Below are positions 9,836 to 20,662 of a stretch of 64,000 bases of DNA, in pieces. The notes under the pieces are model-generated. The model was not told the DNA's origin. It saw only the letters and a list, made by a program, of their open reading frames with translations, and did not search any database. Within the stretch, counting starts at the first letter, position 1, and each line of letters begins with the position of its first letter. Location of the stretch: the NCBI GenBank assembly GCA_044222185.1, contig JBGANV010000003.1:1-64000 (forward strand), given 5' to 3'. This stretch comes from Planctomycetota bacterium. GTDB taxonomy: Bacteria; Planctomycetota; GCA-002687715; CAIWVZ01. Position numbers and translations under genes: made by a program.

Positions 9836-10052
9836 TTCGGCGAACGACGATCGCGACGAGATCCGCGGTGTCGCGGGGCGATCACCGAAACCGGACGGGC
9901 TGAGGCCGGGCGGCAGCGGCGCGAGCCGCTTGCCGCGTTCAGTGCGGGATTTCCGGGCGAGCGCAGCGCGCGGCTGCGGCGATCGACGGGACGTCGACGC
10001 CGTCGCGCGCGGGTGCTGCCTTCCGCGAGGCGACCCACCGCGCGAGCCGCGA

Positions 10053-12419
10053 TCAACCTCCGAAACGATCCAGGCTCATCACCTTCGCCCACGCAGCGAC
10101 GAAGTCATCCACGAACTTCTGCTTCGCGTCGTCGCAGGCGTAGAACTCGGCGAGCGCGCGAAGCTCGGAGTTGGCGCCGAAGACCAGATCCACGCTCGTC
10201 CCCGTCCACTTGACGGCACCGGTCTTTGGGTCCCGCCCTTCGAACACGGTGGCGTCCTTCGCCGACCGCTGCCACCTGGTGCTGCCGTCGAGCAGGTTCA
10301 CGAAGAAGTCGTTGGTCAGAGTCCCCGGTCGCGATGTGAACACCCCGAGCGCGGACTGGTCGAAGTTGGCGCCGAGGGCTCGCATCCCGCCGAGGAGCAC
10401 GGTCATCTCCGGCGGCGTCAGCGTCAGGAACCGTGCGCGCTCCACGAGCAACGCCTCCGCAGGACGCGAATTGTCTCGACCGACGAAGTTGCGGAAGCCA
10501 TCAGCCGTCGGCTCGAGCACGGCCATCGCCTTCGCGTCGGTCATGTCCTGCGTGGCGTCGGTGCGCCCCGGGGTGAAGGGCACGGTGACGGAGAACCCGC
10601 CCTTCTTCGCCGCATCCTCGACGGCCGCACAGCCGCCCAGGACGATCAGATCGGCGAGCGAGACCTTCTTTCCGCCGGATTGCGCGGCGTTGAAGTCCTG
10701 CTGGATCTTGGCCAGCCCCTCCAGGGCTTTCTGGATACCGGCGGATTGGTTCACCGCCCAGTCCTTCTGCGGCGCGAGGCGGATCCGAGCTCCGTTCGCG
10801 CCGCCGCGCTTGTCGGTCCCGCGGAACGTCGCTGCGGAGGCCCAGGCGGTCGACGCGAGTTGCGAAGTCGTCAGTCCCGAGGCCAGGATCTTGCTCTTCA
10901 GGTCCGCGACGTCCGACTTCGAGATGAGCTCATGGTCGACGGCTGGGACCGGGTCCTGCCACAGTTGCGGCGGTGGAACGAGCGGCCCGAGGCAGCGCGA
11001 GTACGGCCCCATGTCGCGATGCGTGAGCTTGTACCAGGCCTTCGCGAACGCGGCCTCGAACTCCGCCGGCTTCTCACGGAAGCGCTTGGAGATCTCGCCG
11101 TAGATCGGGTCGAAGCGCAGCGCGAGGTCGGTCGTGAACATCATCGGCGCGTGCGACTTCGACGGGTCGTGCGCATCCGGCACGCCGCGGACCGACTCGT
11201 CCTTCGGTGTCCATTGCGTGGCACCGCCCGGCCCCTTGACCTGTTTCCACTCCAGGCCCAGGAGGTTCTCGAAGTAGTCGTGCGACCACTTCGCGGGACT
11301 GAACGTCCACGCGCCTTCGAGGCCGCTGGTGATCGTCTCGCCGGCGTTCCCCTTGCCGAGGGTATTCCGCCAGCCGAGGCCCTGCTCTTCCATCGCGGCG
11401 CCCTCGGGAGACTCACCGAGATACTTGCTCCCTGCGCCCGCGCCGTGGGCCTTGCCGAACGTATGTCCGCCGGCGATGAGAGCGACGGTCTCCTCGTCGT
11501 TCATCGCCATCCGGCCGAACGTCTCGCGGATGTCGCGCGCCGCAGCGAGAGGATCCGGGTTGCCGTTGGGACCTTCCGGGTTGACGTAGATCAGCCCCAT
11601 CTGCGTGGCACCGAGCGGGTTCTCGAGCTTCCTGTCGCCCGAGTGACGCTTGTCCGCGAGCCACTCGTTCTCCGGTCCCCAGAACGTGTCGGCGTCGGCT
11701 TCCCACGCATCCTCGCGGCCGCCCGCAAACCCGAAGGTCTTGAATCCCATGGACTCGAGGGCGACGTTGCCGGTGAGCACCATGAGGTCGGCCCACGAGA
11801 TCTGACGCCCGTACTTCTGCTTGATGGGCCAGAGCAGCCGGCGCGCCTTGTCGAGATTGACGTTGTCCGGCCAGCTGTTCAACGGCGCGAACCGGATCGT
11901 TCCCGCGGCAGCGCCACCCCGCCCATCGGCGACCCGGTACGTGCCAGCGCTGTGCCAGGCGAGGCGAATGAAAAGTGGCCCATAGTTTCCGTAGTCCGCG
12001 GGCCACCAGTCCTGGGACGTGGTCAACAACCCCTGGATGTCCTTCTTCACAGCCTCGAGGTCGAGCTTCTTGAACTCCGCGGCGTAGTTCGAGCCGTCGC
12101 CCATGGGGCTGCCCGCGGACGCGCGACGACGGAGGACGTCGAGATTCAGCCGGTTCGGCCACCAATCCTTCTTCACGGGTGCCTCCTGCAATGAAGTCCC
12201 GGCGGCGCCGCCCATGACTGGACACCGCCCGAGGACCTCGGCCTCGTCGGGCGAGGTCGTCCCCGAACTCTGCAGCCCGGGAGCATGGCTCGCCGCCTCA
12301 CCGTCCGATTTGACGCGAGGGCCGAAGCCAGCGTCCTGGGCCTGCACGGCGCTCAGCACGCTCGCCACGGTGAGACTCACGACGGCGATCATGAATCGAC
12401 TCGAATGTGTTCCACTCAT
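10053..12419 (-). CDS. katG: Catalase-peroxidase with N-terminal signal peptide
   Basis: WWPNRLNL, distal [18 protein letters not shown], proximal [11 protein letters not shown]-terminal [14 protein letters not shown]; AAGGAG before the ATG at 12419; hydrophobic leader ending AVQA. Confidence 0.97.
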   Translation of the reverse strand: MSGTHSSRFMIAVVSLTVASVLSAVQAQDAGFGPRVKSDGEAASHAPGLQSSGTTSPDEAEVLGRCPVMGGAAGTSLQEAPVKKDWWPNRLNLDVLRRRASAGSPMGDGSNYAAEFKKLDLEAVKKDIQGLLTTSQDWWPADYGNYGPLFIRLAWHSAGTYRVADGRGGAAAGTIRFAPLNSWPDNVNLDKARRLLWPIKQKYGRQISWADLMVLTGNVALESMGFKTFGFAGGREDAWEADADTFWGPENEWLADKRHSGDRKLENPLGATQMGLIYVNPEGPNGNPDPLAAARDIRETFGRMAMNDEETVALIAGGHTFGKAHGAGAGSKYLGESPEGAAMEEQGLGWRNTLGKGNAGETITSGLEGAWTFSPAKWSHDYFENLLGLEWKQVKGPGGATQWTPKDESVRGVPDAHDPSKSHAPMMFTTDLALRFDPIYGEISKRFREKPAEFEAAFAKAWYKLTHRDMGPYSRCLGPLVPPPQLWQDPVPAVDHELISKSDVADLKSKILASGLTTSQLASTAWASAATFRGTDKRGGANGARIRLAPQKDWAVNQSAGIQKALEGLAKIQQDFNAAQSGGKKVSLADLIVLGGCAAVEDAAKKGGFSVTVPFTPGRTDATQDMTDAKAMAVLEPTADGFRNFVGRDNSRPAEALLVERARFLTLTPPEMTVLLGGMRALGANFDQSALGVFTSRPGTLTNDFFVNLLDGSTRWQRSAKDATVFEGRDPKTGAVKWTGTSVDLVFGANSELRALAEFYACDDAKQKFVDDFVAAWAKVMSLDRFGG

Positions 12420-12613
12420 CAGACGCTCCTTGTGCCTTCGCACGGTTGTGGAACCCGCGGTCCACGGGGCACGCGAGTCCGAGACGTCACGCGACGAGAG
12501 TACGGGTCGCGCCGACACGCGACCAATCCGAGTCCGTTATGTGCGCGATAAGGCGTAGCGATGGTCGCCGACGACGACCGCGGCGCGCCACGCATCCGTC
12601 GGTTGCGCTTGCG

Positions 12614-14167
12614 TCACTGAATCGCAATGCGCGTCACGCTCGACGCGCACCCGAGCGTTCCCCCGGTGAAGTCGAAGGCGACGACGTCGATCAGGACGCC
12701 GGGAGGAACGAAGTAGGGACCGAATGCCGCATCACCCGCGACCGCCGCAAAATGAAACGGAGCGGTGCCGATCGGCGCGAGGGCCTGGTCGATCAAGGCG
12801 TTCGGACTGCTCGAGCACAGGCCGAGGTACGGGCCGCTCCCCGCGACGGCGCAGGGCTCGGCGCTGAACACGTTGCAGTATTCGCGACCGGGAATCAGTT
12901 CGCCGTTGCGGATCGTCCCCGGTCCGCCCGGTCCTGACTGCGTGAGGCGGAGCACGGGTGCGGCCCTCGTCCAACGGACGAGCCTGGGCCCATTGACGGA
13001 GTTGTCGTTCGTGCACCAGGCGAAGAGCGCCGGACCGTTCCCCTCGTCGAAACTGATGAGCTCGTCCACACGCGTCGTCACGCTCGGCGGTGGTGTGGGA
13101 ACGCCTCCGCCGAGCGCGCTCCAGGTCGTGCCGTTCCAGCGTGCGACGTTCCTCACTGCGGGGCCGCCCGCGATGTTGAAGAGGCCACCCGCAAACAGCG
13201 CGAGACCCGCCCCATCGTCGTGCAGTGCGAGCGACGCTCCGATGGGAAACGAGAAGGGCGCGCCGGCGACGAATCCCCCGCCGACCGACGACCATGCGGT
13301 GCCGTTCCAGCGCGCCATGCACGACGTGCCAGCGACGCCGCCAGCCGCACCGAAGGTGCCAGTGACGAAGAGCGCAGGCCCGTTGCCGTCGTCGAAGCTC
13401 ACGAGCCCGGCGACGCTGGGTGCGAGGAGTCCGCCCGTCAAACCGGACCCCACGGCACTCCACGCGGAGCCGTTCCACCGCGCCACGGCGCCACCGGGCG
13501 ACAGGAACGAGCCGCCGGCATGGAGCTCTGGACCCGCGCCCGAATCATGGACGGCGAGAGTGGTGACGCTCGGGCAGAGCAGGCCGGTGCATCCGGCGCT
13601 GCCGAGCCCCGCGCCCACTGCCGACCACCCGGACGCATCGAAGCGAACGATCGCCTGTGGAAACGTTCCACCGAGGTAGAGGCCCATCGGCACGGGTCCC
13701 GGTGGATCGTAGACCGCACACGCCTGGAAGGCGGTCCCCGTCGTGCCGGGCGGCGTGGAGCAACAGGGCGCGCCAGACGGGAGCGGCGACCAGCTCGCAC
13801 CGTTCCACCGCGCAATCCCGTTCGCGGGTGACGTGAAATTGCCGGCAGCATAGAGCGCGGGCCCGCTCCCGGCGTCGAAGACACAGAGAGCATTCACGGC
13901 TCCACCGAAGACTCCGGCTCCGACGGGCGACCACTCGACCCCGTTCCACCTCGCGACGTTTCCCACCAGGACGGAGCCCGAGACGGTGAAGGTCCCGCCC
14001 GCGTAGAGTGCAGGCCCCGTACCGTCGTCGAACGTCGCGAAACACCGCACCGCCCCGTTCAGCGACGAGAGAGTGGGTGCGAAGACCCACGACGAGACGC
14101 ATTGTGCCGCCGCCGCGGAACCGAGGACCGCGAGGACGAACGCGAGGCGTCGTTTTGGTGTCGTCAT
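12614..14167 (-). CDS. Exported beta-propeller repeat protein (FDDG.GPALYAGG.F...ARWNG..W repeats)
   Basis: GGAGG before the ATG at 14167; signal peptide (LAFVLAVLGSAAAAQ); about 6-7 repeats; distinct C-terminal beta domain. Confidence 0.8.
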   Translation of the reverse strand: MTTPKRRLAFVLAVLGSAAAAQCVSSWVFAPTLSSLNGAVRCFATFDDGTGPALYAGGTFTVSGSVLVGNVARWNGVEWSPVGAGVFGGAVNALCVFDAGSGPALYAAGNFTSPANGIARWNGASWSPLPSGAPCCSTPPGTTGTAFQACAVYDPPGPVPMGLYLGGTFPQAIVRFDASGWSAVGAGLGSAGCTGLLCPSVTTLAVHDSGAGPELHAGGSFLSPGGAVARWNGSAWSAVGSGLTGGLLAPSVAGLVSFDDGNGPALFVTGTFGAAGGVAGTSCMARWNGTAWSSVGGGFVAGAPFSFPIGASLALHDDGAGLALFAGGLFNIAGGPAVRNVARWNGTTWSALGGGVPTPPPSVTTRVDELISFDEGNGPALFAWCTNDNSVNGPRLVRWTRAAPVLRLTQSGPGGPGTIRNGELIPGREYCNVFSAEPCAVAGSGPYLGLCSSSPNALIDQALAPIGTAPFHFAAVAGDAAFGPYFVPPGVLIDVVAFDFTGGTLGCASSVTRIAIQ

Positions 14168-14371
14168 GAGTCCTCCGGTGCCGGGTTGAGCCCGGATCAT
14201 AATCCCGAAGGCCACCCTCCACCGACGGGTCCCGTGACCGCGCTCAGGGTCGGGCACCGCTGAACGGCGTTCCGCCCTGTGTCGTACGAACGGCGCCTCC
14301 CGTTCGGATATGCACGGTTCCGCAGGCGGCACGCCGCCTGCCGCGCGTGTCCGGAACGTAAGCTGAAGGCG

Positions 14372-16063
14372 ATGCTTCACGAGATCACGGGTTCGCACTC
14401 ACGGCGGCTCATCGGGTTCACGCAGCGCTGTCTTGCGGTGGCATTCGTCGCCTGGGCGGTCACGGCCTCCGCGTCCGCTCAGGCGGACGACCAGACGCTG
14501 CGAGTCTTCATCTTCGCGGGCCAGTCCAACATGGTCGGGTCGGACTCGAAGGTGAAGGACATCGATCTCTTTCCGCCATTCATCGGGCTCGACAAACCAC
14601 AGGATGGGGTGAGGTTCAGCTACTGCATCGGCCGCGAGGACAAGCTCAAGTCCGACGGTTGGGTGAAGCTCCAACCGGTCGACGGCATCGTGGGCCCCGA
14701 GCTGAGTTTCGCCCGCAAGGTCACCCGGACGATCAAGGCGCCGATCGCCATCATCAAATGCGCCGCGGGCGGCACGCACCTGGGCGGAGACTGGAACCCC
14801 GACGAACCGAGCGGCTTCAAGATGTACCCGTTGACGCTCGAGTGGGTCCGCACGGCGCTCGCGGATCTGAAGCGGAGGAAGATCGCCTACCGGATCGAAG
14901 GCTTCATGTGGCACCAGGGCGAGAACGACATGTTCGACGACCGCTTCCTGGCGAGCTACGGCCGGAACCTGAAGAACTTCGTGGCGCGGTGGCGGAAGGA
15001 CCTCTCCACACCAACCCTGAAGTTCTACGTCGGCGAGCTATGCACGAAGACGATCTGGGGCATGGACCTCCGTCCGAAGATGTACGCGATCAGTCTGGGC
15101 CAGAGAGAGGTCACCAACTCGGATCCCCTGGCGGAGTTCGTCCCCACCTCCCACGTGGGGGTGGAAATCGGAGGGGATGCCGGCCTGCACTATCACTACG
15201 GAACTCTCGGCCAGCTCGAGCACGGAGTCAACTATGCCGACGCCTACCTGCGGACGATCGGCAAGGCAGCGAAGGTCGTGCGTCCGCTGAAGCCGTGGCC
15301 CTACGCGAACGGCAGCCCGATAAGACTGTTCGTGCTGGCGGGGCATCGCAACATGGAAGGAGAGCGGGCGTTCGTCTCGGAACTGGCTGCACTGAAGGGC
15401 AGGGAGGGACTGAAGAGAGACAATCCCCGGATCGCGTTCCGCTACAGCCTCGGGGGCGGGTTCAAGATCTCGGATGGATGGGAACCGCTCGGCCCGACGG
15501 GCTTCTACGAGACGTTCGGACCAGAATTGAGTTTCGGCGCCACCCTCGCACACAAGTCGCAGGACAACGTCGCCGTCGCCAAGTTCACGCACAGCGGCTC
15601 GCAGATCATCGATTGGACGCCAGCCGGCAGCGAAGCGACCTCGCGCAACCTCTACCCGGGTTTCGTCGCGTTCATCCGAGAGTCGCTGAAGGACCTGACG
15701 GATCGAGGGCACCCCGTCCAGCTCGCGGGCATCTTCTATCACCTCGGTGAAAACGACATGTCGTTTGCCCCCTACCGGAAGCAGGCGGCGGAGCGCCTCG
15801 CATCCATCGTCGCACAAAGCCGCAAGGATCTGGCCCTGCCCGACCTCAAGTGGTTCGTCAGTCAGCAATCCCCTACTGACGACAAGAGCGTGAATGCCAT
15901 CGACGTCACCGCGGATCTCGACAGACTCGCCGCCGCGGACGAGGCCCTCATCCATGTGAAGGCCTTCGATCTCCCCGGCCGAGATCAGAAGCTCGTCATC
16001 AGGACCGCGGGCATCGTCAGCCTCGGCGAGGCACTCGCCGGCGCCTACCTGAAACTGCGATAG
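14372..16063 (+). CDS. Sialate O-acetylesterase (SASA/SGNH) family protein with two tandem domains
   Basis: Signal peptide (ASAQA). Domain 1 has AGQSNM, GPELSF and WHQGEND; domain 2 has AGHRNM, GPELSF and YHLGEND. Confidence 0.85.
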   Translation: MLHEITGSHSRRLIGFTQRCLAVAFVAWAVTASASAQADDQTLRVFIFAGQSNMVGSDSKVKDIDLFPPFIGLDKPQDGVRFSYCIGREDKLKSDGWVKLQPVDGIVGPELSFARKVTRTIKAPIAIIKCAAGGTHLGGDWNPDEPSGFKMYPLTLEWVRTALADLKRRKIAYRIEGFMWHQGENDMFDDRFLASYGRNLKNFVARWRKDLSTPTLKFYVGELCTKTIWGMDLRPKMYAISLGQREVTNSDPLAEFVPTSHVGVEIGGDAGLHYHYGTLGQLEHGVNYADAYLRTIGKAAKVVRPLKPWPYANGSPIRLFVLAGHRNMEGERAFVSELAALKGREGLKRDNPRIAFRYSLGGGFKISDGWEPLGPTGFYETFGPELSFGATLAHKSQDNVAVAKFTHSGSQIIDWTPAGSEATSRNLYPGFVAFIRESLKDLTDRGHPVQLAGIFYHLGENDMSFAPYRKQAAERLASIVAQSRKDLALPDLKWFVSQQSPTDDKSVNAIDVTADLDRLAAADEALIHVKAFDLPGRDQKLVIRTAGIVSLGEALAGAYLKLR

Positions 16064-16071
16064 CCTCTCCC

Positions 16072-18492
16072 ATGCTCCACTGCACAACCGCTTGCCTCGC
16101 AGCCTTCGCCGCGGTCGTCATCCTCGTCCCATCGGCGGCCCGCAGCCAGGACAAGATCCCGCCCGTCCCCGACCTCACCAACGGCGGCAAGCCGGACAAA
16201 TGTCACGACTGGACGCTGGGCCCCACGGGCGCACGTGGGTGGATCTGGGGCTACGAGGGCCAGACGACGAACGCGCGCCAGATCCTCGTCACCGAGGTTG
16301 CCCCGGGATCGCCGGCGGAGGGCGCGCTCGAGAAAGGCGACGTCATCCTCGGCATCGGCGGTGAGCCATTCACGGACGACGCCCGCAAGGTTCTCGCACG
16401 AGCGATCACCGAGGCAGAGAAGCCGGAAAACGAAGGCCGGCTGCGGCTGCTCCGCCGGCGCGGATCGAGGACGGACCCCATCGTCGTGAAGGTGACGCCG
16501 CTCGGCGCCTTCGCCCCGACGGCGCCCTACGACTGCAGGAAGTCGAAGAGGATCCTCGACCTCGCCTGTCGAGCGATTGCGAAGAAGGGTTTCAGGGCCA
16601 GCCGAAAGCAGTTCGCCATCTCGATCGAGAACGACCTCAACGCACTCACGCTTCTGGCGTCCGGCAACCCCGAGCATGTGCCGATGGTTGCCGAGTACGC
16701 GAGAGCCGTGGCAGCCTCCCAGCCCGGCGGATACGTTTCGTGGACTTACGGCTACGAGACGCTGTTCCTCGCCGAGTACGCCCTCGCCACTCGCGACCCA
16801 ACGGTGATGGCCGGCCTGAAACGCCTCGCGACGGACATCGCCGAGGGCCAGAGCAGTGTCGGCACCTGGGGGCACGGGTTCCGGCGCGAGGTCGATGGTG
16901 ATCTGCACGGGTACGGGAACATGAACCAGCCCGGGATCGTCCTGACGCTGGCGATGGCCATCGCACGCGAGGCCGGCGTGAAGAGCCGCGTCGTGGACGA
17001 CGCGATCAGGCGGAGCGCCTCATTCCTCCGCTGGTACGTCGACAAGGGCGCGATCCCCTATGGTGACCACGACCCGTGGCCGTGGCACGAGGACAACGGC
17101 AAGTGCTCGAGCGCAGCCGTGCTCTTCGATCTGATCGGTGACAAGGACGCCGCGACGTACTTCTCGCGCATGGCGGTCGCCGCGCATGCGGAGCGGGAGA
17201 GCGGTCACACGGGCAACTTCTTCAATCACCTCTGGGCGATGCCCGGCGTCACGCGGGCAGGGCCGGCAGCCACCGCCGCGTACTTCGCGGAGGCTGGCTG
17301 GGAGCTGGAGCTCGCTCGCGGGTTCGACGGCTCGATGCGATATCAGCCCACGCCAGGCGATTGGGGCGGCGACTCCTACGACAAATGGGACTGTACCGGT
17401 GCCTATGCACTCGCGTTTGCGATGCCGCTGAAGAAGACGATCCTCACGGGTCGGAGGCCCTCGGTCGTCACCGCTCTCGAGGGCGACGTGCTCGTCGAAA
17501 CCATCTCTGCCGGGCGCGAGTTCACCTACTGGACCGAGAAGACGGCCTACGTGCAGCGGCCAGTCGACGCGCTGTTCGCGGGTCTGTCCTCCTGGTCACC
17601 CGCGGTCCGCACGCGATCGGCACAGGCGCTCGCGACCAAGGAGGGAGACTTCACGCCCAGGCTCATGGCGCTGCTTGCGAGCACCGACCAGCGAACGCGC
17701 TACGGAGCCGCCGAAGCCCTCGCTCACCTCGGCAAGAAATCCGATCCCGCGGGCGACGCGCTCCGAGCCCTCGTGGACGACGCGGACCCCTGGCTCCGGA
17801 TCCTCGCCGCCCACGCTCTCGCCGAACTCGGGCCCCAGGAGCGCCTGAAGTCCGTGCCGGCGCTCTTGCGCGCGACAGGACGGGACGATCCTCTCGACCC
17901 GCGCCGCCGCGTCGCTGGCGCGCTCGGTGAAGCACTCTTCTGCCCCAGTCCGGGAACGAGCGGCCCCCAGGCCATCCTGGGACGATCCCTGGAGGGCGTC
18001 GACCGCCCAGCCCTCCATGCAGCGATACGCGCATTGCTCCGGAACCAGGACGGCCGGATCCGGGGCTACGTCGCACCCATGCTGCCTCTCCTCACGGACA
18101 CGGACCTGTCGCTGCTCTTTCCCGACATCATCGAATCCGTCGCCCATCGCCCCGCGAGCGGTGAGATGTTCGCCTACGAGATCCGGATGGCAGGTCTGGA
18201 GTTGCTCGCGAAGCACGGGATCAAGGAAGGACTCGATCTGGGCGTCGGACTCCTGAACGAGAACGAATGGGGTCGCGATTTCGACCGCGCGGGGCGCGCC
18301 CTGCTGCTGTACGGCGCGGCAGCCAAGGCCGTCCTTCCCCGCCTGGAGAAAGAGACCCGACCGATCGCCGAGAAGGACGAAGGGAAGATGAAGGCGTCGC
18401 TCGCCACGCTCATCACGAAGATCCAATCGGCTCCCGCTGGGAAGCCGCTCCGGACCGTGGCCGAGTTCCAGGCCGCCTCCGGGCACAAGTGA
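16072..18492 (+). CDS. DUF6288-like protein with PDZ domain, alpha/alpha-barrel region and HEAT repeats
   Basis: WTLGPTGARGW N-terminal motif; PDZ-like V.PGSPAEGALEKGDVILG; GQSSVGTWGH; GAIPYGDH; DNGKCS; C-terminal HEAT-like repeats. Starts 8 nt after the esterase stop. Confidence 0.75.
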   Translation: MLHCTTACLAAFAAVVILVPSAARSQDKIPPVPDLTNGGKPDKCHDWTLGPTGARGWIWGYEGQTTNARQILVTEVAPGSPAEGALEKGDVILGIGGEPFTDDARKVLARAITEAEKPENEGRLRLLRRRGSRTDPIVVKVTPLGAFAPTAPYDCRKSKRILDLACRAIAKKGFRASRKQFAISIENDLNALTLLASGNPEHVPMVAEYARAVAASQPGGYVSWTYGYETLFLAEYALATRDPTVMAGLKRLATDIAEGQSSVGTWGHGFRREVDGDLHGYGNMNQPGIVLTLAMAIAREAGVKSRVVDDAIRRSASFLRWYVDKGAIPYGDHDPWPWHEDNGKCSSAAVLFDLIGDKDAATYFSRMAVAAHAERESGHTGNFFNHLWAMPGVTRAGPAATAAYFAEAGWELELARGFDGSMRYQPTPGDWGGDSYDKWDCTGAYALAFAMPLKKTILTGRRPSVVTALEGDVLVETISAGREFTYWTEKTAYVQRPVDALFAGLSSWSPAVRTRSAQALATKEGDFTPRLMALLASTDQRTRYGAAEALAHLGKKSDPAGDALRALVDDADPWLRILAAHALAELGPQERLKSVPALLRATGRDDPLDPRRRVAGALGEALFCPSPGTSGPQAILGRSLEGVDRPALHAAIRALLRNQDGRIRGYVAPMLPLLTDTDLSLLFPDIIESVAHRPASGEMFAYEIRMAGLELLAKHGIKEGLDLGVGLLNENEWGRDFDRAGRALLLYGAAAKAVLPRLEKETRPIAEKDEGKMKASLATLITKIQSAPAGKPLRTVAEFQAASGHK

Positions 18493-18840
18493 TCGGGCGC
18501 CAGACGCGTTCGAGCGACGACGGGAAGATTCCCTCGTCATATATATGAGCCCGGCACCGGCGACTCGACCGCCGGCAACCGACCCGAGCTCGCAAGAGCC
18601 CGCCGGTTCGCGGAAGTGAGCGCATCGAGTGCTCGTGGTCCTCGTCCGGGCGAACCACCGGGACGCCATTCCCGATGAAGCGCGCAGCGAACGTGGTGTT
18701 CCTCGCGCGGTCAGGCCTGATGTCGGTGGCAGGCGCGCACGCTCGGAGGGAACTCGGAATCCTCATTCGCGTGCCTCCTCGGCAGACCGAGAGTGTGGTG
18801 GTGCGACTCCGCCAGGACGCGACGCCGAGGCGCGGACGAA

Positions 18841-18874
18841 CAGACCCGGGTCCCCCGACGGGAACCCGGGTCTG
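18841..18874. terminator. Strong hairpin between convergent genes
   Basis: CAGACCCGGGT ... ACCCGGGTCTG, an 11-bp perfect stem with further inner pairing, between the DUF6288 (+) and PRC-barrel (-) genes. No long U-tract. Confidence 0.55.
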
Positions 18875-19014
18875 ACGGAGGTGACGGCGCCCGCTGAGAG
18901 CCGCGCGCGTCGTCACTTCGGACCTGGCGTCGGCCCGTGAATCACCACGGGAGGCCAGGTGACGATGATCGTTCTCACCGCGCCGACGTCACGGGTCGCG
19001 CGGAGCGTTCGCGG

Positions 19015-20250
19015 TCACTTCACCGGCTTCGTCGCGTTGTAGTGATCGCAGATCTGCCGACACCGCTCGGCGTCGTCCGAAAGCCTGGCGAGGTCGCCGT
19101 CGGCGACGCCGGGCGACGACTTCACCGTTTCGACGGTCGTCGCGACCTGACAGCGACCTTCGGGGTTCATCTTGCAGATCGACAATGGGACGACCCGCAT
19201 CTGGTTCGACGTGTCGCGAACGTCGACGACGACGAAGGAGTTCTCCTCGTCACCAGGTATCAGGATGAGGTCACGCACGACTCCCGCCTCGGCCTGATCG
19301 GAGTCCGTCATCGTCGCGCCGATCAGCTTGGTGGCGCAGATGGTCCGCCTTCCCAGCCGCGACGAATCAGAGCCGTCCGGTCGCGCCGGATCACCGGGAG
19401 ACTTGGCGCTGCCGACGGGCGACGCAAGCCGGGACGAATTCAGATCGGCATTCAGGTCCCGTCCGAAGTGACTGTAGACCTGCATCAGGTACGCCTCGGT
19501 CAACTCCGGCCACGCCTTTTCCTCGAAGCTCGGTGTCGACGTCAACAGGGCGCGTTCGCCGCCGTAGACGAAGCTCTTGTCCTTCGGCATGCCCGTGCAA
19601 GACCCCCACGGAATCGCGATGTAGCGATCTTCCAACTCGCGGAAGAGCTTGGCCTCCGGGCTGACGACGATGAGCGGCGTGAAGCCCGCGTCACATGCGA
19701 TCACCAGGTCCTTCGTCTTCGCGAGTTTCTCGCCGAGCTCGTCCTTGATGCTTGCCGATGCGAGCTCGGACAGCCGACCGGCGAACGGCGCGTTCGCGAC
19801 CGGTGGACTGCCGTAGTACGTGTCGACTCCCGCGCTCCACTGGGGATCGGCCATGTTGGGCCAGTTCTTCTTGTCGAAGCCCGGCGCCTTCTTGATCTTG
19901 TCTTTCGAGACCTCGAGGACGTACGCCTTGCCGTCCGCCGAGAGCTTCAGCGACGACCATGGGATCGCGAACAGCTTCTCCTTGAGTCCGAGGAAAGTGC
20001 TGAACGACAACACGGCGTAGGAGATTCGTCCCTTCGAGTTGACGACGATGTCGTCGATCTCACCAAGCGACTCGTCGCTGGAGTTCTTCACGTTCTTGCC
20101 GAGGATCTCGCTGGACCTGGCGATCCGTCCGAGCGGCGTCGTCGCGATGGTCCCGATCGGGGTCGACGGAATGCGCAGCTCCTGGGCCACGCACGGCAGT
20201 GCCAGCAAGGCCACGAGGTGAGCCGCGAGAATCGGTCGCTTCAGGTGCAT
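19015..20250 (-). CDS. Exported PRC-barrel domain protein (three barrels)
   Basis: GGAGAG before the ATG at 20250; signal peptide. Barrel 1: SEILGKNVKN..ESLGEIDDIVV...YAVLSF..FLG.KEKLFAIPW...KKAPGFDKKNWP. Two more divergent copies follow. Confidence 0.85.
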   Translation of the reverse strand: MHLKRPILAAHLVALLALPCVAQELRIPSTPIGTIATTPLGRIARSSEILGKNVKNSSDESLGEIDDIVVNSKGRISYAVLSFSTFLGLKEKLFAIPWSSLKLSADGKAYVLEVSKDKIKKAPGFDKKNWPNMADPQWSAGVDTYYGSPPVANAPFAGRLSELASASIKDELGEKLAKTKDLVIACDAGFTPLIVVSPEAKLFRELEDRYIAIPWGSCTGMPKDKSFVYGGERALLTSTPSFEEKAWPELTEAYLMQVYSHFGRDLNADLNSSRLASPVGSAKSPGDPARPDGSDSSRLGRRTICATKLIGATMTDSDQAEAGVVRDLILIPGDEENSFVVVDVRDTSNQMRVVPLSICKMNPEGRCQVATTVETVKSSPGVADGDLARLSDDAERCRQICDHYNATKPVK

Positions 20251-20662
20251 GGTTCTCTCCATGATTCGACGTCCCATGACGTCGGCCGCTCGACGAGCAA
20301 CTCGCCGCACGGCGGGTCTGCGTGAATCGTGGGCATCGCCTCGCCACACGTTCGACCCATCAGGCGCCGAAGCGGTCGGATCGAGGCGACGTTCTGCCCG
20401 TGGGGATCGATTCAGGAGCATGCCTCTCGCAGAGCAATCGTCGGGCCGCGCCCGTCGCGTTGGAGGGCCCCAGCTTCGAAGCCCCGGATCCGCCGACGGT
20501 TCTGCGTTCACCTCGTCGGTCGTCGCATTCCGATCGCCGCTCCCACGGATGACGATGCTCAGCCATGAGGTGAATCCATGCCGCGTCACGCCATCGTTCT
20601 TGCCGCCCCACGGTAGGAATTTCGTGCGCTCGATCGGCGAGCCAGCGGCGAACCGTCGATCG

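Noticed and set aside
9930-12194. 754-aa plus-strand ORF
   Set aside because: Antisense to the unambiguous katG.
18500-19010. Short ORFs between the DUF6288 and PRC-barrel genes, one with a GAGGAGG upstream
   Set aside because: The translations are Arg/Pro-rich with no recognisable features, so they cannot be supported.
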